Source: Myxococcota bacterium | GTDB lineage: Bacteria; Myxococcota_A; UBA9042; PHBI01; JAWLBL01 | Reading direction: 5' to 3' | Length of the DNA: 64,000 nt | NCBI GenBank assembly: GCA_041687695.1 | Contig: JAWLBL010000004.1 | Location: 192,001 to 256,000 of the forward strand | Shown: positions 58,314 through 64,000 of the stretch, one piece after another | How the letters are laid out: each line of letters begins with the position of its first letter | Position numbering within the stretch: position 1 is the stretch's first letter | Notes under the pieces: model-generated | Told to the model about the DNA's origin: nothing | Seen by the model: the letters and a program-made list of their open reading frames with translations, nothing else | Databases searched by the model: none | Translations under genes and position numbers: made by a program

Positions 58314-59414
58314 ATGACGCTCCGTACCCCCGCCCATCGGGCCGACCTCCGTGACGCGCTGGTCGCGACCACCTTGGATCTGGTGCGCATCCCGTCGGTC
58401 ATCGGCGACGAGGCCGCCGTCTGCGACCACGTCGAGCAGCGCCTGCTGACGCGGCTGCCGCGCGAGGCGGTCACCCGCTACTCGCACAGCCTCATCGTCA
58501 CGCCCGGCCCGCGCCGGCCCGACCGCCCGACCGTCGGCCTGGTCGGCCACCTGGACACGGTCGCGCCCCGCCAGGACACCGACGTCGCCGTCGAGGGCGA
58601 GCGCATCCTGGGCTGCGGCGTCAGCGACATGAAGGCGGGCCTGGCGGTCATGCTCGAGCTGCTCGAGCGCCTCGACCTCGAGCGGCTGGGCGTCAACCTG
58701 ACCCTGGTCTTCTACGAGCGCGAGGAGGGGCCCTACGCCGAAAACGGCCTGCAGCCGCTGCTCGAGCAGTTCCCGATCCTGCGCGACATCGACCTGGCCT
58801 TCTGCCTCGAGCCCTCGGACAACCGCGTGCAGATGGGCAGCATGGGCTGCATCCACGCCACGCTGACCTTCCACGGGCGCCGCGCCCACTCGGCCCGCCC
58901 CTGGCAGGGCGACAACGCGATCCACAAGGCGGGCGCGCTGCTGGCCGAGCTGCACGGCCGCGAGCGGGTGCCGGTCCACTTCGACGGGCTGACCTTCTTC
59001 GAGGTCATGTCGGTCACCATGGTCCAGGCGTCCGGCACGCGGAACGTCATCCCGGACCACTTCGCGATGAACCTGAACTATCGGTTCGCCCCCGGCAAGT
59101 CGCTCGAGGCCGCCCAGGCCGACATCGAGCAGGTCGTCGCCGGGCGGGCCGACATCACCTGGACCGATCTCAGCCCCTCGGGGCCGGTCTGCGCGGGCAA
59201 CCCGCTGCTGCGGCCGCTGCTCGAGCGGCCGGGGATCGTGGTCGAGTCCAAGCAGGCCTGGACCGACGTGGCGCGGCTGGGCCTGTTCGGCATCGACGCG
59301 GTCAACCTCGGGCCTGGCGAGTCGGTGCAGGCGCACCAGCGCAACGAGTCGTGCGCGGTCGAGCTCATCGTGCAGGGCTACGAGCTGTTCGAGGCCTACC
59401 TGCTGGCGCTCTAG
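58314..59414 (+). CDS. dapE: Succinyl-diaminopimelate desuccinylase (M20 family)
   Basis: GHLDTV, SDMKAG, EREEG, LEP, HSARPW, WTDV and AHQRNE; follows dapD. Confidence 0.9.
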   Translation: MTLRTPAHRADLRDALVATTLDLVRIPSVIGDEAAVCDHVEQRLLTRLPREAVTRYSHSLIVTPGPRRPDRPTVGLVGHLDTVAPRQDTDVAVEGERILGCGVSDMKAGLAVMLELLERLDLERLGVNLTLVFYEREEGPYAENGLQPLLEQFPILRDIDLAFCLEPSDNRVQMGSMGCIHATLTFHGRRAHSARPWQGDNAIHKAGALLAELHGRERVPVHFDGLTFFEVMSVTMVQASGTRNVIPDHFAMNLNYRFAPGKSLEAAQADIEQVVAGRADITWTDLSPSGPVCAGNPLLRPLLERPGIVVESKQAWTDVARLGLFGIDAVNLGPGESVQAHQRNESCAVELIVQGYELFEAYLLAL

Positions 59415-59419
59415 GAAAG

Positions 59420-59474
59420 GAAAAGGGGTCAGGTCTAATCATTTGTGACAAATGATTAGACCTGACCCCTTTTC
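59420..59474. repeat. Perfect inverted repeat with 27-bp arms (REP-like element or bidirectional terminator)
   Basis: GAAAAGGGGTCAGGTCTAATCATTTGT-G-ACAAATGATTAGACCTGACCCCTTTTC between convergent genes. Confidence 0.9.
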
Positions 59475-59489
59475 TCTTTTCTTCTTCTT

Positions 59490-60269
59490 TCACTCGCCGT
59501 CGTCGAGCAGGCCCTCCAGCTCGGGATCCATCTGACGCGCCGTGCCGGGCTTCTTGCCCCCGCGGCGCGCGTCCACCTGCGTCGCCAGGGCGACGTCCTC
59601 GATGACCAGCTGGTCGCCGTGGTACAGGCGGCGCAGCTCGGCCAGCCGCAAGCGCAGCTTCTGCCCGGTCCAGGTAGCGGTCTCGGGCTGCGGATCGGTG
59701 CCGGCGGTGGCCGCGGTCAGCTCGGGCGTGCCGAAGTCGCGCGTCCAGGCGGCGACCCGCTCGCCGAAGGGCTCGGCCGGCTTGAAGGCGCGGGCGACCT
59801 TGTACAGCTTGCCTTGGGTGAAGAAGAGGTAGTGGGTCACCTCGCCGTCCTTGAACAGCAGGACCGACTCTCCGGCGCCGTCGACGAACTCGCCGGCGAC
59901 GATGCTGGCCTCGAGCCCCGAGCGGCCGCCCTCGAAGGGGATGACGGCCTGCCGCACCCGCGCCAGCTCGTCGTCCAGGGCCTTGCGCAAGGTCATCCGC
60001 TCGGCGTCGTCGAGCGCGGCCTTCAGCCGCGGGCCGTAGGTGGCGTCGAGGCGGGCGCGGACCCAGGTCATCACCGCGTCGAGATCGCCGCCGAAGGGCA
60101 GCTTGTCGTAGGCGGCGTCCAGCAGGCCCAGGCGCAGCTCGGCGGCGCGAGCGGCGGCGGGCGCGGGCTTGGGTTTGGCCTTGGGCCGGGCCCAGGCGGC
60201 GGGCGAGGGGAGGGCGAGGGCGGTGGCGAGGGCGGCGGCGGCCGAGAGCCGGACGAGAGCGGTGCGCAT
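59490..60269 (-). CDS. Hypothetical secreted protein
   Basis: Signal peptide ending AAWA; coherent GC3-rich ORF. Confidence 0.7.
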   Translation of the reverse strand: MRTALVRLSAAAALATALALPSPAAWARPKAKPKPAPAAARAAELRLGLLDAAYDKLPFGGDLDAVMTWVRARLDATYGPRLKAALDDAERMTLRKALDDELARVRQAVIPFEGGRSGLEASIVAGEFVDGAGESVLLFKDGEVTHYLFFTQGKLYKVARAFKPAEPFGERVAAWTRDFGTPELTAATAGTDPQPETATWTGQKLRLRLAELRRLYHGDQLVIEDVALATQVDARRGGKKPGTARQMDPELEGLLDDGE

Positions 60270-60457
60270 GGGGAGCCCCGAAGGCCACGGAAGGTGGCGT
60301 ATTCGCATGGAACACGGAGCCTATGTCCGGCCGCGCCTCGTTGCAAAGGGCCGGCCGGCAACGGTAGGGCGGGACGGCGCCCCCCGGGCCCGAGAGGGGG
60401 GCAGGGGGGCTCGACGCGTGGTCGACCCCCAGCGCTGGAGGTCTGGAGGTCGCCGCC

Positions 60458-60768
60458 GGGTGGTCGACCACCGGGTCTTGGGGGTCTGGAGGTCGAAGCG
60501 AGGGTGGTCGACCACCGGGTCTTCGGGGTCTGGAGGTCGAAGCGAGGGTGGTCGACCACCGGGTCTTGGGGGTCTGGAGGTCGAAGCGAGGGTGGTCGAC
60601 CACCGGGTCTTGGGGGTCTGGAGGTCGAAGCGAGGGTGGTCGACCACCGGGTCTTGGGGGTCTGGAGGTCGAAGCGAGGGTGGTCGACCACCGGGCCGAG
60701 GGGTCCCGCCCCCTCCGACGGGTGGTCGACCACCGGGCCGAGGGGGCCCGACCCCTCCGACGGGTGGG
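60458..60768. repeat. Tandem array of 44/42-bp units, each containing the palindrome GGTGGTCGACCACC
   Basis: Units start at 60458, 60502, 60546, 60590, 60634, 60678 and 60720, with a remnant at 60762. Confidence 0.92.
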
Positions 60769-60882
60769 TTCCGGCGCTCTGGACTTCGCGCTGACCGTGG
60801 CCCCGGCACGGCCGGCAGTTGACAGGCCGCGCGCTTGCGTGTTGAACCGAGGCCTCCCGAACGACCGACACGGAGCGCGCCC

Positions 60883-62481
60883 ATGCGGCCCATTGCGACC
60901 AAGGTCGACCCCCGCGACGCGGGCTTCCGCGACAACTACGCGGCCATGCGCGCGATGGTCGACAAGCTCGAGCAGGCGCTGGCGGCCTCGCGCGAGGGCG
61001 GCGGCGACAAGTACACGAGCCGCCACGAGGCCAAGGGCAAGCTGCTGCCGCGCGAGCGCATCGAGCTGCTGGTCGACCGCGACGGCTACTTCCTCGAGCT
61101 GATGCCGCTGGCCGGCCACGGGGTCAAGGGCGTCGGGCCGGGGGCGGGCGTGGTCGGCGGCATCGGCGTGGTCAGCGGCGTCGAGTGCCTCATCACGGCC
61201 AGCGAGGCGACGGTCAAGGGCGGCGCCATCAACGAGTACGGGCTGAAGAAGAGCCTGCGCCTGGCCGAGATCGGCGCCGCCAACGGGCTGCCCAACATCA
61301 GCCTCATCGAGTCGGCCGGCGCGGATCTGCCCAACCAGTCGAAGATCTTCGTCCCGGGCGGCCAGACCTTCCGCGACATCACGCGGCGCTCGAAGGAGGG
61401 GATCCCCAGCGTCTGCGTGGTCTTCGGCAGCTCGACCGCGGGCGGCGCCTACATCCCGGGCATGAGCGACCACGTGGTCATGGTCAAGGACCAGGCGAAG
61501 GTCTTCCTGGCCGGGCCGCCGCTGGTCAAGATGGCGACCGGCGAGGTGACCGACGACGAGGCGCTGGGCGGCGCGGTCATGCACTCGCGGGTGTCCGGGG
61601 TGTCGGACTATCTGGCGCAGGACGAGCGCGACGGCGTGCGCCTCGCGCGCGAGATCGTCGGCCGGCTGAACTGGGAAAAGCGCGGGCGCGTGGCCATGCA
61701 GGCGGCCGAGCCGCCGCTGTACGACCCGGACGAGCTGCTGGGCATCGCCTCGGCCGACGTGCGGCGGCCCTTCGACCAGCGCGAGGTCATCGCCCGCGTC
61801 GTCGACGGGTCGCGCTTTTCCGAGTTCAAGCGCGAGTACGGCACGACCCTGGTCTGCGGCTGGGCGTTCCTGCACGGCCACCTGGTCGGGATCCTGGCCA
61901 ACAACGGCATCCTCTTCAGCGAGTCGGCCAACAAGGGGGCGCAGTTCATCCAGCTGTGCAACCAGCGCGGCATCCCGCTGGTCTTCCTGCAGAACATCAC
62001 CGGCTTCATGGTCGGCCGGCAGTACGAGGAGGGCGGCATCATCAAGAACGGCGCCAAGCTCATCAACGCCGTCTCCAACAGCGAGGTGCCCATCCTGACG
62101 GTCATGACCGGCGCCAGCTACGGCGCCGGCAACTACGGCATGGCCGGCCGCGCCTACGACCCGCGCATGCTCTTCACCTGGCCCAACCACAAGATCGCGG
62201 TGATGGGCCCCGAGCAGCTCGCGGGCGTGCTGGACATCATCCGCCGCGAGAGCGCCGAAAAGCGCGGCGAGGCCGTCGACGAGAAGCAGCTCGAGATGGC
62301 CAAGGCCATGCTGCGCATGCAGATCGAGAAGGAGTCCGACGCCTTCTTCGCCACGGCCAACCTCTGGGACGACGGCATCATCGACCCGCGCCAGACCCGC
62401 GACGTGCTGGGCATCGCCCTGTCCGCCGCGCTGACGCGCGAGGTCCGCCCGACGACCCAGTGGGGCGTCTTCCGCCACTGA
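60883..62481 (+). CDS. Acyl-CoA carboxylase carboxyltransferase (beta) subunit, MccB/AtuC-like
   Basis: [29 protein letters not shown]...[20 protein letters not shown] and DDGIIDP. Confidence 0.93.
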   Translation: MRPIATKVDPRDAGFRDNYAAMRAMVDKLEQALAASREGGGDKYTSRHEAKGKLLPRERIELLVDRDGYFLELMPLAGHGVKGVGPGAGVVGGIGVVSGVECLITASEATVKGGAINEYGLKKSLRLAEIGAANGLPNISLIESAGADLPNQSKIFVPGGQTFRDITRRSKEGIPSVCVVFGSSTAGGAYIPGMSDHVVMVKDQAKVFLAGPPLVKMATGEVTDDEALGGAVMHSRVSGVSDYLAQDERDGVRLAREIVGRLNWEKRGRVAMQAAEPPLYDPDELLGIASADVRRPFDQREVIARVVDGSRFSEFKREYGTTLVCGWAFLHGHLVGILANNGILFSESANKGAQFIQLCNQRGIPLVFLQNITGFMVGRQYEEGGIIKNGAKLINAVSNSEVPILTVMTGASYGAGNYGMAGRAYDPRMLFTWPNHKIAVMGPEQLAGVLDIIRRESAEKRGEAVDEKQLEMAKAMLRMQIEKESDAFFATANLWDDGIIDPRQTRDVLGIALSAALTREVRPTTQWGVFRH

Positions 62482-62512
62482 GCCCGCGCGCCACGTCCCT
62501 GGGAGCCCACCC

Positions 62513-64000
<1,488 letters not shown>

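Noticed and set aside
60458..60768. CRISPR array
   Set aside because: The constant part is only ~18 bp, the linkers are near-identical rather than unique, and there are no cas genes in the window.

Overview
Very GC-rich bacterial window whose gene content (many Cys-rich surface lipoproteins, DUF507, multi-domain DsbA) suggests Myxococcota or a related deltaproteobacterial lineage; this taxonomy is an inference. About 50 CDS can be supported. They include housekeeping genes (dusB, lgt, trpB, yceD-rpmF-rpiB-nrdR-ribD-ribE-ribH-nusB, dapD-dapE, acyl-CoA carboxylase subunits, two IDH-family paralogues) and many secreted or surface proteins. The main exception is a ~2.8 kb gap (4765-7608) with no credible protein gene. 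On its minus strand lies a candidate ~2.2 kb structured non-coding RNA with: a sigma70-like promoter (~7204-7233); a U-tailed intrinsic terminator (4941-4975); a perfect 9-bp pairing between its extreme 5' and 3' ends; GNRA/UUCG tetraloop hairpins that read canonically only on the minus strand; and at least 8 copies of a recurring internal sequence module. Two DnaA-box-like 9-mers sit just upstream. Other notable items are a possible heteromeric (IDH3-like) dehydrogenase pair, a Zn-phospholipase C-like/beta-barrel fusion, two genes that may start at AUC, a 44-bp-periodic palindrome array, a perfect 27-bp-arm AT-rich palindrome, a Cys-less LOV-like kinase and a condensed rpmF-rib operon. All product calls come from motif recognition by eye; no database search was run.
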